Shown here: one piece after another, positions 19,301 to 26,954 of the stretch
Layout: each line of letters begins with the position of its first letter
Position numbering within the stretch: position 1 is the first letter of the stretch
IMG/VR virus record: IMGVR_UViG_3300046820_000364
Span: 1-32,657 of that record
Length of the DNA stretch: 32,657 bases
DNA from: a virus
Taxonomy: Duplodnaviria; Caudoviricetes
Strand: one strand, 5' to 3'
Position numbers and translations under genes: made by a program
Notes under the pieces: model-generated
Databases searched by the model: none
What the model was told of the DNA's origin: nothing
Seen by the model: the letters and a program-made list of their open reading frames with translations, nothing else

Positions 19301-21554
19301 CTGTAACAGAAGTTAGATTGTTTGCAAGATCCAGACCAGAAACGGCAGTTGTCGTAGTATTCAAAATATTATCGGCAGCCTGGGTCGCTTTCTTTTGAAG
19401 AGATTCCATCGACGCTGAACCAGCACTACTGACTAGAGCGGTAAGTTCCGGCTTTGATACACCGATAGCACTAATTGCAGCGGCTTTTGCTTCCTCAAAC
19501 TTATTCACTAGACCTGGTTTAGCACCAGTCTGTTCAATAATCTTGGTATTAAGTGCTGGAATTGCCGCACCCACATTACCCATTTTATTAGTTTCGGCTG
19601 CAATCAAATCTGAAATCTTAGCCGGATCCGTTACCCCATCGATTGCAGCACGAAGAAGCGCAGTTGACCCGGGAGGACACATACCTCTTCTATTCAATTC
19701 GTTAACCACTGCCGTCTGCGGGTCATTAGCAAGACCAAATCCAGATTTCAGAGATTCGCCAATAAAACTTAACGAAGCTGGGTCTACTTTACCACTTGCA
19801 CCTACAGAACCCACGGCTGAACCTACAGCCGTTGTTGCAGTATTTTCAATGTCACCTGCAATGGCTGTTATCTTTTTGGCTAAAGATGTTGCATTAGAAG
19901 TGGCTGCAATATTAGATGTTACCGTTGCAACATTCGCTCTAGCTGCAACAGTATTAATAGAAGGAACGTTACTTGTTACACCATTTACTTTAGATGAAAT
20001 GGATGAAATAGATTTTAGCGAGGAACTTGCGCCTGCGGGTAAAACACTGGATGCTTTTAGAAGTGCATCTTTGGCTTTGTCGATTTCTGCCAGTTTGTCT
20101 TTGATTACAGAGGCTGCGATACCAAGACCGGCTTCAACGATTCCACCAACATCTGCTGGCAGTATACCATTTTTGACAAGACCTGAAACGACACCGTTGA
20201 TGTTCTTACCAGACATAACGTCCGCTAAGTCTTTAGCAGTTTCTATCAGAGCCTTCGTGCTAATTTCAGTAGTAGGTGAACGAACACCTTCTTTCAATAA
20301 GGGCGTATCGCTATTAGTGGCCTTAGGAGTTTCAGCGAGAGCATTCCAACCAGTATCATACCAATACTTCGATGAAATACCATCAGCATTAGTCTTAATA
20401 ACACCCTGAGAAAATCTAATAGCATCATCAAGTTTAGCACATAATGCAATTGACAGTAGACCTGCAATTGTAGTTTTTGGCGTTTGCTCGTTTACGATCT
20501 TCGCATTACTTAAATCAGCATATGCTTTCTTCAAATAATAGTATGCCGCTTTGTCCTGCATCTCTTCGGAAGTAATGAATGTAATCATACTTCTTACGGC
20601 AGCAACATGGTCTAGGGGGATAGGATTATACAGGAAGAAGTATTGAAGATTGTTTGCCGCTTCACGCTTGAATGGAGCAAAATCATAGTCGCCATTTGTT
20701 TCTTGAACTGCTTCGGCATAAGTCTTAACTCTTTCTGCCGCACCAGGACCAGTGGGGCGAGAATGAATGCATTCTTCTGCCCACTCTTGAATTTCTGGCT
20801 TTAGAAAATCAATATCTATTAATTGTGAGACGGACATTCTATATGCACCATACTCACCGCGATTGTGAACTTTGCGCCAGTTATTACGCTTACCATTTAC
20901 TACATATTTTTTATGTATTGCCATCTGGCAAGCAGTGAGTAATTTAACACAATCATCTTTAGTTAGAATGCCAGGTGAACCGATATCTGGTAAAATAGTA
21001 GTAGTTGTCTGATATCCAGAACTAGCTTTGGAAGTTTCAATCGTAGTTGGAACAGCCTGCATAATCTGACTTGCGGCTTTTTCCACACTTGGTGAAACAC
21101 CCGCTAATTTTAATGCGCCAGTAATTACCCCGTTGACGTTGCCATTGGATGCAGATGTTAGAATGCTTATGCCGCTTGATAATAACTTTGATGTATTGGC
21201 ATCAATAACCCCAGACTTAGTTAGAGTTCCCAGTAGTTTATTCACATTACCAGTTGTATTGCTTGATAGCGACGAAGAAGATACGTTTATCTGTTTAGTT
21301 AAAGTCGTCGCTTCTGTCTTGGTTAAAATTCCAACTGTTGCAAGACTATTTGTAACAATAGATAAATTTGTAGAAGTTCCTGGTGCAACCGTGTTTGCCA
21401 AAGACAAGCCAGCTTTTACAACTTTGGCTTCATCTTTAGATAAAACCCCCGCAGAGGATAGCGCATTAACAGTAGATGCGAGGTCAGGCAGTTTACCAGT
21501 CTTTAATGACTTTACGCCAGAAGTAATAAGACTTGTTGCTTGTAATAATGACAT
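16323..21554 (-). CDS. gp5 C-terminal part: long Ala/Ser/Thr-rich region, probable degenerate lysozyme-like domain, and gp5 beta-helix spike
   Basis: gp5 motifs 'GFGDPLGQYP' and 'YPYNKV..SESGHV.EIDDTPGAERIH..HKSGTF.EI.PNG..V.RIVGDNY.I', followed by 8-residue beta-helix repeats (NIKSGAAI/NVKSGNAV); lacks the gp5 N-terminal OB fold. Confidence 0.8.
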   Translation of the reverse strand: MSLLQATSLITSGVKSLKTGKLPDLASTVNALSSAGVLSKDEAKVVKAGLSLANTVAPGTSTNLSIVTNSLATVGILTKTEATTLTKQINVSSSSLSSNTTGNVNKLLGTLTKSGVIDANTSKLLSSGISILTSASNGNVNGVITGALKLAGVSPSVEKAASQIMQAVPTTIETSKASSGYQTTTTILPDIGSPGILTKDDCVKLLTACQMAIHKKYVVNGKRNNWRKVHNRGEYGAYRMSVSQLIDIDFLKPEIQEWAEECIHSRPTGPGAAERVKTYAEAVQETNGDYDFAPFKREAANNLQYFFLYNPIPLDHVAAVRSMITFITSEEMQDKAAYYYLKKAYADLSNAKIVNEQTPKTTIAGLLSIALCAKLDDAIRFSQGVIKTNADGISSKYWYDTGWNALAETPKATNSDTPLLKEGVRSPTTEISTKALIETAKDLADVMSGKNINGVVSGLVKNGILPADVGGIVEAGLGIAASVIKDKLAEIDKAKDALLKASSVLPAGASSSLKSISSISSKVNGVTSNVPSINTVAARANVATVTSNIAATSNATSLAKKITAIAGDIENTATTAVGSAVGSVGASGKVDPASLSFIGESLKSGFGLANDPQTAVVNELNRRGMCPPGSTALLRAAIDGVTDPAKISDLIAAETNKMGNVGAAIPALNTKIIEQTGAKPGLVNKFEEAKAAAISAIGVSKPELTALVSSAGSASMESLQKKATQAADNILNTTTTAVSGLDLANNLTSVTAGAADPASAAAALGASAVSNVTGSASAATDAVSGIAGNSQGALNSATGNVTNALSNAASNVTGMLGGSSPTTTEKPAEGQIVSSFLPVSPASVPPTPQTGAASADAVPALPSTQIAAAVGGPTQASSPPVDPNPIKSPYGSVEVSYQWTASNGVVTISAKGSPIASVNLIDKTDTKTPQYETLIAAIDGAIKQERINNYTPRVPKTFEQNIGNALYPQNSGALPLTEIPIIATVIPFMSDHAIKVDGLKPINYQADRTKYIIPLNRPEGTESIDAQLTREIEYTQRDIVELNQEVIADPTGSTAKWDLPTAEAWLDVLNALKREQKNIIFNYNKWVRDTNNPPLGPDTPVSTDLASAKAGIIGEYTSNLEKVKKTFSNNTPVASQGASKAGEDGSTTTVVTEKYGDGSIVRTTIVEDQKGFATSQKEVTRVAPPIASPAPSTNPPVPDSIQHPAHDDPNQTVTQAPPNVASIPVSNPTNNGFGDPLGQYPKASLGGKPDINPLAVGVNSPHIQNDPASQGAKQETLGIGSSPAAKNAVRKKDVPKAGRHGGSWSQPETPYAARYPYNKVTASESGHVTEIDDTPGAERIHTAHKSGTFQEIGPNGTQVTRIVGDNYTIIDSNGYILIEGRANVHVAGECNVMIMGDANLTMNGKVNMDVHNDFNLNVAGHFGLSVGGGIFIRNDGVFSHDNKGDMQIHGAGNFNSTIDGTHNLTASGYKVTSKGDYHVKVAGVSYHTSVGNINQDTDGSILNKAAETIDSKSGTHTNIESLGNTNIKAAGSFNTESIASTNIKTANVINAQATDSINVKSGNAVNVNSAAATNIKSGAAINAESAAATSIKSGAAVNVEGAGNINLKAPEVASSKFSAPTIDVSTLNAATTNLKGTHNAPDDTTNIKGSASPVSPGSAATAATAGNANSADPASEATGAKIATLANPIPVEKPVSVSASPIVAGISGNQTNGAGGNSLPINSAGGGQFDVRDFEKENPVTHG

Positions 21555-22480
21555 TATGCTATTCCATACTTCTTTTTGTAGTGTGCAAACTTAGTTTTTC
21601 TATCGTCTAGGCCGTTTGTTCCACCGTTAACAGCTTTAGTTACCGCGACGATATCTCCCCATTTATTACCATTGCCGATTTTAGGTCGTTGGGTTTTGAA
21701 ATACCAAACTACCAACATTGCTGCAATCTCTTTGGTTTCCGCAAGTTTTGGATTATTTTGTAAATCTTTTCGGATATATTCCCCTGCTTTGATGTAGTTA
21801 TTTTTCCAAGTTAATTGAATATATCCTCTACCCTTATACTTTGCACCATCGCCCACCTGGGTATTTCCGTTAGCTCTAGCATCTTTGTGATTACCAGGGT
21901 CATATTTCGTGAAATAACTTTCTGGACCGTATTCTTTCAAGTAAACAAAGTTTCCGGTTTCATGGGCACACTGTGCCATAATAGCAGCTTTGGCCATTGG
22001 GCCCCAATTGGGTAATTGAGGTCCATTTGTATCTAAGAATTTTTCTAGATACTCTTCTAAAGACTTTGCATTGCCGCTTGGCTCAGCGAAAGAGCCTGTC
22101 TCACCACCGGTATCGCTTGCTGAATTGCCGCCCGCGGGTGCGCAGGGGTCACCGTATGGTCCACCGGGAACAGCACCAACTGTGCCGAAGAACATTGGAT
22201 GTTGGCCGTCTGAGCCATCTGCGAAGAAGCCTACTACCCACGTACCAGTAACGACACCATTGGATGAAGTGCCAGTGCCTGATATAGATGGGTTATTTGC
22301 GGGCATAATTGGAAATGCCCACGGTAAATCTTCTGTGGGTAGTATTTCTTTACTGTCTATATGATAACCCATGATACGAACACGGCATCTACCCATGCGT
22401 AAAGGGTCGTCGCGGTCTTCTACCACGCCGAACCACCAGTAAAACTGACCAACGTTATTAGTTGTTCTGTTATCCATCAT
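21554..22480 (-). CDS. gp5: gp5 N-terminal part: OB-fold domain fused to a GH19 (chitinase-family) muramidase
   Basis: 'WWFGVVEDRDDPLRMGRCRVRIMGYH...LPTEDLPWA', 'GTWVVGFFADG..GQHPM..GT'; then 'AQCAHETG.F..LKE', 'GDGAKYKGRGYIQLTWKNNY', 'VNGGTNGLDDR'; GGAG SD upstream. Confidence 0.88.
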   Translation of the reverse strand: MMDNRTTNNVGQFYWWFGVVEDRDDPLRMGRCRVRIMGYHIDSKEILPTEDLPWAFPIMPANNPSISGTGTSSNGVVTGTWVVGFFADGSDGQHPMFFGTVGAVPGGPYGDPCAPAGGNSASDTGGETGSFAEPSGNAKSLEEYLEKFLDTNGPQLPNWGPMAKAAIMAQCAHETGNFVYLKEYGPESYFTKYDPGNHKDARANGNTQVGDGAKYKGRGYIQLTWKNNYIKAGEYIRKDLQNNPKLAETKEIAAMLVVWYFKTQRPKIGNGNKWGDIVAVTKAVNGGTNGLDDRKTKFAHYKKKYGIA

Positions 22481-22502
22481 AATACAAATTACTCCATCGA
22501 TC

Positions 22503-22509
22503 TATTTAG
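22503..22509 (-). promoter_or_regulatory. Possible variant late promoter (CTAAATA) overlapping the upstream stop codon
   Basis: Minus strand AGC-TAAATAGATCGATGGAG...ATG; imperfect match to TATAAATA. Confidence 0.35.
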
Positions 22510-24053
22510 CTGGTTGGTGTCGGCGCATTTGTGGGCGGGTTTGTCGCGGGCTGTTCTGTTACCGGTGCATTTTCAGTGACCGCAACAAGATCATTCAAAT
22601 ATGAATCCTTAGAAATTTCACATATTGCATTGTGTCTGAGTTTTGTTATTTGATGATGAATTGCAGTTATCATATAATATCCACTAACCCATTTGTCTCG
22701 TATATCTTCACTTGCTGATTTATCTCTATCAGCCGACACAGATGGATAATCTAAATCAACAATCGTGCCTACTTCCATATTTGTTCTACCAGGAACAGTA
22801 ATCTTCATTTTCAATGTTGTAATATCAGAGAACAGGCTATTTCTCTGTTGCACATATCTTTCAGGATGAAGATTCATTAGTTCATCATCCTGATTATCTA
22901 GCACGCCCTTATGAATAGTTTCAATGAATACTTTACTATCCGACGATCTAATCACATTAGCAGGAAAGATAGAATTGTATTTCTTTTCTTTCTTGGTAGG
23001 AGTGATACTGGTAGGAGTGGATTCATAATTACCCAGATGCGGATACTTCTGAAATTCAAATCCATGATCATATACCGTACCAATATATTCTTTGTTTACC
23101 ATGTCAAGAGTGCATAGAGAACTTGCAAAATGTCCCAAGTCCTGACCTTGAAGAACATCCATGTTAGTTAGAAATTCTAGATTTTCAATATGAGTGTAAC
23201 CCGCGCGAATGGCATCTTCACCCAATTGCTCATTAAATTCTTTCTTACGGTATTTAAATTTATTGGCAACATATCCGGCGTCTAACTGAGACTTGATAAG
23301 GCCGCTAACCGAACAGAAGTAAAATGACTTAGTGGTTTCGTAGAACAGATATGTCGGCGCATCTGGTACCGTGGTACCAATTGATCTCTTTGCCAGATAA
23401 TTCATAATTTGAAATGGTGTCCACATGGGCGGCAAAAACGAAATCTTAGAAGTATGCGGCTGATCGCTAATGTATATCCCGGTCTTAGGGGCAGTTGCCT
23501 CGGTATTCTTACCATTTAGATAACGAGGTATTTCTTTAAATACCTCATCGAAAACTTTTTGGGCACACTCATCAGTAGTGCCTTCATATTTTTGGCAAAG
23601 ATATGTTACGTTATCTCTCATGCCCTCCATAGATATGAAGTGCAGTGCATATAATTGCTCTTTATCTTCATTCGAAAGAATTCGGTTCTTGATGGCATAA
23701 ACCGCAAAAGATTTTTGAATGCAGTTAGTGGGGTCATATGGCAAATCAGTAATTTTAGGTGTAGAAATATCTAGCGTTAAAATTTCGTCCCCAATTAAAG
23801 GAACTTTTTCAATCAAGTTCTGTGTATCACGAATGATGATGTTTCCGTGCAAACACGGTGAAAACATATCTTCATAGATATTGATTTCAACTACATAGTC
23901 TTTAATATCAATCACACCGGCGCCCTCAGAAATCAGAAGCACCTCATTATAAACAACATCTCCGGCTTTTTGCAGTAAAGCAGGTGAACGTTCTTTGAAT
24001 GCATCTAGATCGAGTTCTGGTTGACCAAATTCTGACTCGTCATACTGGTCCAT
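22506..24053 (-). CDS. Baseplate hub protein (gp27-like)
   Basis: 'EINIYEDMFSPCLHGNI.I.D..NLIE..PLIGDE.L', 'YLFYET...F.F.SV..L', 'ITVPG......G..V.L.YP', 'SGYYMITAIHH'; lies between gp53 and gp5. Confidence 0.75.
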   Translation of the reverse strand: MDQYDESEFGQPELDLDAFKERSPALLQKAGDVVYNEVLLISEGAGVIDIKDYVVEINIYEDMFSPCLHGNIIIRDTQNLIEKVPLIGDEILTLDISTPKITDLPYDPTNCIQKSFAVYAIKNRILSNEDKEQLYALHFISMEGMRDNVTYLCQKYEGTTDECAQKVFDEVFKEIPRYLNGKNTEATAPKTGIYISDQPHTSKISFLPPMWTPFQIMNYLAKRSIGTTVPDAPTYLFYETTKSFYFCSVSGLIKSQLDAGYVANKFKYRKKEFNEQLGEDAIRAGYTHIENLEFLTNMDVLQGQDLGHFASSLCTLDMVNKEYIGTVYDHGFEFQKYPHLGNYESTPTSITPTKKEKKYNSIFPANVIRSSDSKVFIETIHKGVLDNQDDELMNLHPERYVQQRNSLFSDITTLKMKITVPGRTNMEVGTIVDLDYPSVSADRDKSASEDIRDKWVSGYYMITAIHHQITKLRHNAICEISKDSYLNDLVAVTENAPVTEQPATNPPTNAPTPTS

Positions 24054-24059
24054 AATATT

Positions 24060-24551
24060 TTACCTTGAAATTAGTGTCTGGAATTTGTTTACAAAATATG
24101 TTAAATATTCTGGGCGTAATATTTTAATCTCTCGTTTAACATCATTCAGTTTTTCTTCATACTGCATGTTAGTAACTTCTGTTTTCGTTCCCACATACGA
24201 AGATTGCACAGTTAGGCCATCAGCCTCATAGTGATGCACTTGATAAATTTCTTCCAGTCCGCCATATTTAAGTTTACAATATTCTAATAGGTCGGCATTA
24301 GACTTTGGCCATTCTTCTCTGATATCCACATAATTATTGATAATAGCAATTACCCAGTGGTATGTTGCTTCACCGTAATATAGATCGCTTGCCTGTTCTA
24401 TTGTGTATCCGTCAGGAACAGTAACAGTCTCAATCTCCGAGTAGTTCACGGAAGGAGTTTTTGTATACACCCTTCGAAAAATATCAGTAACATACTTATA
24501 CTCGTTTCCAATTTTAAGCATACCTGATGGAAAATTACTAAAATACGACAC
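24060..24551 (-). CDS. gp53: Baseplate wedge subunit gp53 (LysM-like)
   Basis: 'MSYFSNFP', 'DIFRRV', 'LYYG....HWVI.IIN..VD..EEWP', 'HHYE', 'VTN.QYEE.LN..KR.IKIL.PEY'. Confidence 0.9.
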   Translation of the reverse strand: MSYFSNFPSGMLKIGNEYKYVTDIFRRVYTKTPSVNYSEIETVTVPDGYTIEQASDLYYGEATYHWVIAIINNYVDIREEWPKSNADLLEYCKLKYGGLEEIYQVHHYEADGLTVQSSYVGTKTEVTNMQYEEKLNDVKREIKILRPEYLTYFVNKFQTLISR

Positions 24552-24553
24552 TA

Positions 24554-25732
24554 TTAATATCCTAACTTTGTTCTCTTACTTGTCAAGGTTTCAAGTTCTG
24601 TAAACTCTAGTCTGATAGTAGCTTCGGTAGGCATACCCTGTGTACCCTGGAAAGTAGTAAAGCCTTCTGCACCGTAATCAATATTGAAACCAGTGAGTGC
24701 GCAGTTAGAGATTTTACGGACATATTTATTTTCTTTACCCGAATTGTGGTAAATCACGATCAGAAATTCAGAAGGATAAATCAAAAATACGCCTGCGGCA
24801 CTTGGCTCTGGATGCATATGATTGATGAATGTTTCGATGATTCCGTTTTTTCCAAAAATTTTGTTTCCCTCTTCTAATGAACGAGGTGCAAACTTATATT
24901 CGAACCCAAACTTTCTGAATCCCATATTCTTGAATAGCTGTTCTTTGTATGGGTTTTCAACTGCTTTCGATGTAGCTTCTTTTAGATTTGTTACCGAATT
25001 ACCACCGATGGCACCAGCAAGTTTAGCCAACTTTCTGGCGGCTAATGCGCCGGTATCATAAGCGGCTTCACCTAAACTTGCTTCGCCGCTAAAGTTTCCA
25101 GTTGCGGCCGCGCCAACAATACCACCCAAATCGGCAACATCATAGTTTGCAGCATAGCCATAGCTCAATTTGTCTTGAATGCCTAAAACGACAGCCTTAG
25201 CTCCCATAATCAGTCTTCTTGCACCGATTGCATTCAATGCCGCGCCCCCTGCTCCCCCAATGACTGCCCCGCCTACAGTTTTTGCGACGGCTACCCCAGC
25301 CGCTCTAAAGAAACTAGACAGACCACCAGTACCACTCATAGCTTCTTTCATGCCAGCAATACCGGCAACGCCAGCTGTTTGTGCACCCAAAACTGCACCC
25401 TGTGCTGCACCAGCTGCCGTAGCATGTTCCGCATCTACTCTTTGTTGGCCAGAAGTTTCAAATACAGCACCTCTTCCGTTCAATGCAGCGGCTGCCGCTG
25501 TACCCTCTCGAACAAGAGGATAAAATGCAATCCAATGTGTGTATTCACTTTCAGGCGCATTCAATCCTTCTGGATATTTTAGATTATCTGTTGATGCGTA
25601 AATGCTTCCCTTATTGAAGGGATTTACCATCTCGCCCTGATTGAAAGTATCTCTATTGAATCTTCTATTCGGAACTTCAGGTGTGGCCTGTACCGCGGGC
25701 GCATCTCTTTTTTGTGGTGGGGCGTCAGCCAT
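24554..25732 (-). CDS. gp48: Baseplate tail-tube cap gp48
   Basis: 'LKYP', 'NPYKEQLFKNMGFRKFGFEYKFAPRS..E', 'YPSEF.I', 'KISNCALT...IDY...G', 'MP....I.LEF.ELE.LT'; start moved to ATG 25732 (MADAPP) because the listed upstream extension overlaps gp4 and the promoter. Confidence 0.85.
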   Translation of the reverse strand: MADAPPQKRDAPAVQATPEVPNRRFNRDTFNQGEMVNPFNKGSIYASTDNLKYPEGLNAPESEYTHWIAFYPLVREGTAAAAALNGRGAVFETSGQQRVDAEHATAAGAAQGAVLGAQTAGVAGIAGMKEAMSGTGGLSSFFRAAGVAVAKTVGGAVIGGAGGAALNAIGARRLIMGAKAVVLGIQDKLSYGYAANYDVADLGGIVGAAATGNFSGEASLGEAAYDTGALAARKLAKLAGAIGGNSVTNLKEATSKAVENPYKEQLFKNMGFRKFGFEYKFAPRSLEEGNKIFGKNGIIETFINHMHPEPSAAGVFLIYPSEFLIVIYHNSGKENKYVRKISNCALTGFNIDYGAEGFTTFQGTQGMPTEATIRLEFTELETLTSKRTKLGY

Positions 25733-25735
25733 GAA

Positions 25736-25743
25736 GATAAATA
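25736..25743 (+). promoter_or_regulatory. Probable late promoter (GATAAATA) for the gp4 operon
   Basis: 7/8 match to TATAAATA, about 30 nt upstream of the gp4 ATG at 25775. Confidence 0.55.
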
Positions 25744-25767
25744 TCCTATTGAGTTTACAGTTTGGAC

Positions 25768-25775
25768 TATTTATA
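25768..25775 (-). promoter_or_regulatory. T4-type late promoter TATAAATA for the gp48 operon
   Basis: Plus strand TATTTATA at 25768-25775, 35 nt upstream of the gp48 ATG. Confidence 0.75.
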
Positions 25776-26230
25776 TGACCTATACAAAGGAGACTATGAA
25801 GGGTCTCTATAAAATACAAAATCCTAAAAAGTATATTGGGAATCCCAACAATATTGTATATCGTTCTAGTTGGGAATTAAAGTTTATGAAATGGTGCGAT
25901 AGTAATCCAAACATATTGGAATGGGGGTCAGAAGAGCTGGCTATTCCTTATATTTCACCTAAAGACAATACAGTTCATCGATACTTTGTGGACTTTTATA
26001 TGAAAGTTCAAGAAAGTAGTGGTCAAGTAAAAAAATACTTGATTGAAATTAAACCAGCCAAGTTCGTCAGAGAACCCAAAATTCCTAAAAGAAAGACAAA
26101 ACAATTTCTCAATGAAGTTATTGCGTGGGGAGTAAATCAAGCCAAGTGGAAATATGCAACTGAATTTTGCAAAGACAATGGCTGGGAATTTATGATATTA
26201 ACTGAAAAAGAACTTGGAATTAAAGCATAA
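25775..26230 (+). CDS. gp4: Head completion protein gp4 (TnsA-like endonuclease fold)
   Basis: 'KG.YK..NPKKY.GNPNNIVYRSSWELKFMKWCD.NP.ILEWGSEE..IPY.SP.D...HRYFVDF', 'LIEIKP', 'VNQAKW..A..FC...GW.F.ILTEKELG'; start at ATG 25775 or 25796. Confidence 0.93.
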   Translation: MTYTKETMKGLYKIQNPKKYIGNPNNIVYRSSWELKFMKWCDSNPNILEWGSEELAIPYISPKDNTVHRYFVDFYMKVQESSGQVKKYLIEIKPAKFVREPKIPKRKTKQFLNEVIAWGVNQAKWKYATEFCKDNGWEFMILTEKELGIKA

Positions 26231-26233
26231 ATA
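26226..26233 (+). promoter_or_regulatory. Probable late promoter (CATAAATA) overlapping the gp4 stop codon
   Basis: gCATAAATAtagactAAGGAGattataccATG: near-consensus box, strong SD and ATG at 26254. Confidence 0.6.
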
Positions 26234-26253
26234 TAGACTAAGGAGATTATACC

Positions 26254-26376
26254 ATGGCTAAAGCATCAGGAAATTCAAAAACAGTATTTGCGCCACGCCG
26301 CAAGGGTGTCAAACTAAGCACGATGAACAAGCATAAGCGCCGTAATTTTAAGAAGTATAGAGGTCAGGGCCGTTAA
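26254..26376 (+). CDS. Small highly basic protein (40 aa), absent from the ORF track
   Basis: Manual translation MAKASGNSKTVFAPRRKGVKLSTMNKHKRRNFKKYRGQGR*; AAGGAG SD; stop overlaps the gp2 start (TAATG). Confidence 0.85.
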   Translation: MAKASGNSKTVFAPRRKGVKLSTMNKHKRRNFKKYRGQGR

Positions 26377-26954
26377 TGGCATCAAATAACGCCTTTCAGA
26401 AACTTCGTGCGCAAGTAGGAGATGGACAGAAGTCCATTGAATGGTATATGCGCAACGTTAAAAGTCTAGTGGGCGCAAGAGTTTCTGGAAACACCGTTCT
26501 AAAATCTGATATCGGCAGTCTTACCAGTAAGGTAGAGATTGGCGCGATGTATATGTATTTCTACGACCCGAAGTTTAAAAACGAACTTCCGTTTTACGAT
26601 ACCTTTCCTTTAGTATTACCATTCGGTCCAGCCAAAGGCGGTTTCTACGGAATCAACGTTCACTACTTACCTTATATGCTAAGAGCAAAGGTCTTGGGTG
26701 AATTGATGAACTTTGCGGACTCAAAGACGCTAACTCCCACTAGCAAAATGCGATTGTCATATAATCTATTAAACAGTTTACAGACTGCGCCCGAAATTAA
26801 ACCGTGTATCAAGCACTATCTGACATCGCATGTAAAATCGCAATTCATGAAAGTCAATCCTGCAGATTGGAAGGCAGCGATATTCTTGCCGGTTGAGGCA
26901 TTTGTTGGCGCAACAAAAGAAACTGTTTTCAGAGATACTAGGAGCAAGATTTAA
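26376..26954 (+). CDS. gp2: DNA end protector protein gp2
   Basis: 'S.EWY', 'G.MYMYFYDPK.K.ELPFYDTFPLVLP', 'GFYGINVHYLPY..R', 'PCIKHYL..HV.S', 'W..AIFLPVE.F'. Confidence 0.92.
   Translation: MASNNAFQKLRAQVGDGQKSIEWYMRNVKSLVGARVSGNTVLKSDIGSLTSKVEIGAMYMYFYDPKFKNELPFYDTFPLVLPFGPAKGGFYGINVHYLPYMLRAKVLGELMNFADSKTLTPTSKMRLSYNLLNSLQTAPEIKPCIKHYLTSHVKSQFMKVNPADWKAAIFLPVEAFVGATKETVFRDTRSKI

Noticed and set aside
19543-20409. 288-aa plus-strand ORF and many other antisense ORFs in the track (e.g. 4506-5048, 6118-6507, 10266-10709, 29328-29684)
   Set aside because: They lie opposite well-supported genes, have no recognisable motifs or SD, and are expected shadows of Ala/Ser/Thr-rich codon usage
21552-21590. 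-1 frameshift at C AAA AAG fusing the two gp5 ORFs
   Set aside because: The -1 frame is open only about 12 codons and the site is not a full heptamer; the TAATG overlap is adequately explained by translational coupling (not fully excluded)
24723-24730. AATAAATA on the minus strand inside gp48 as a late promoter
   Set aside because: Imperfect match inside AT-rich coding sequence; could easily occur by chance
25712-25819. ORF-track starts for gp48 (25819) and gp4 (25712)
   Set aside because: They overlap each other and the promoters, and the extensions look non-coding; ATG 25732 and ATG 25775 fit better
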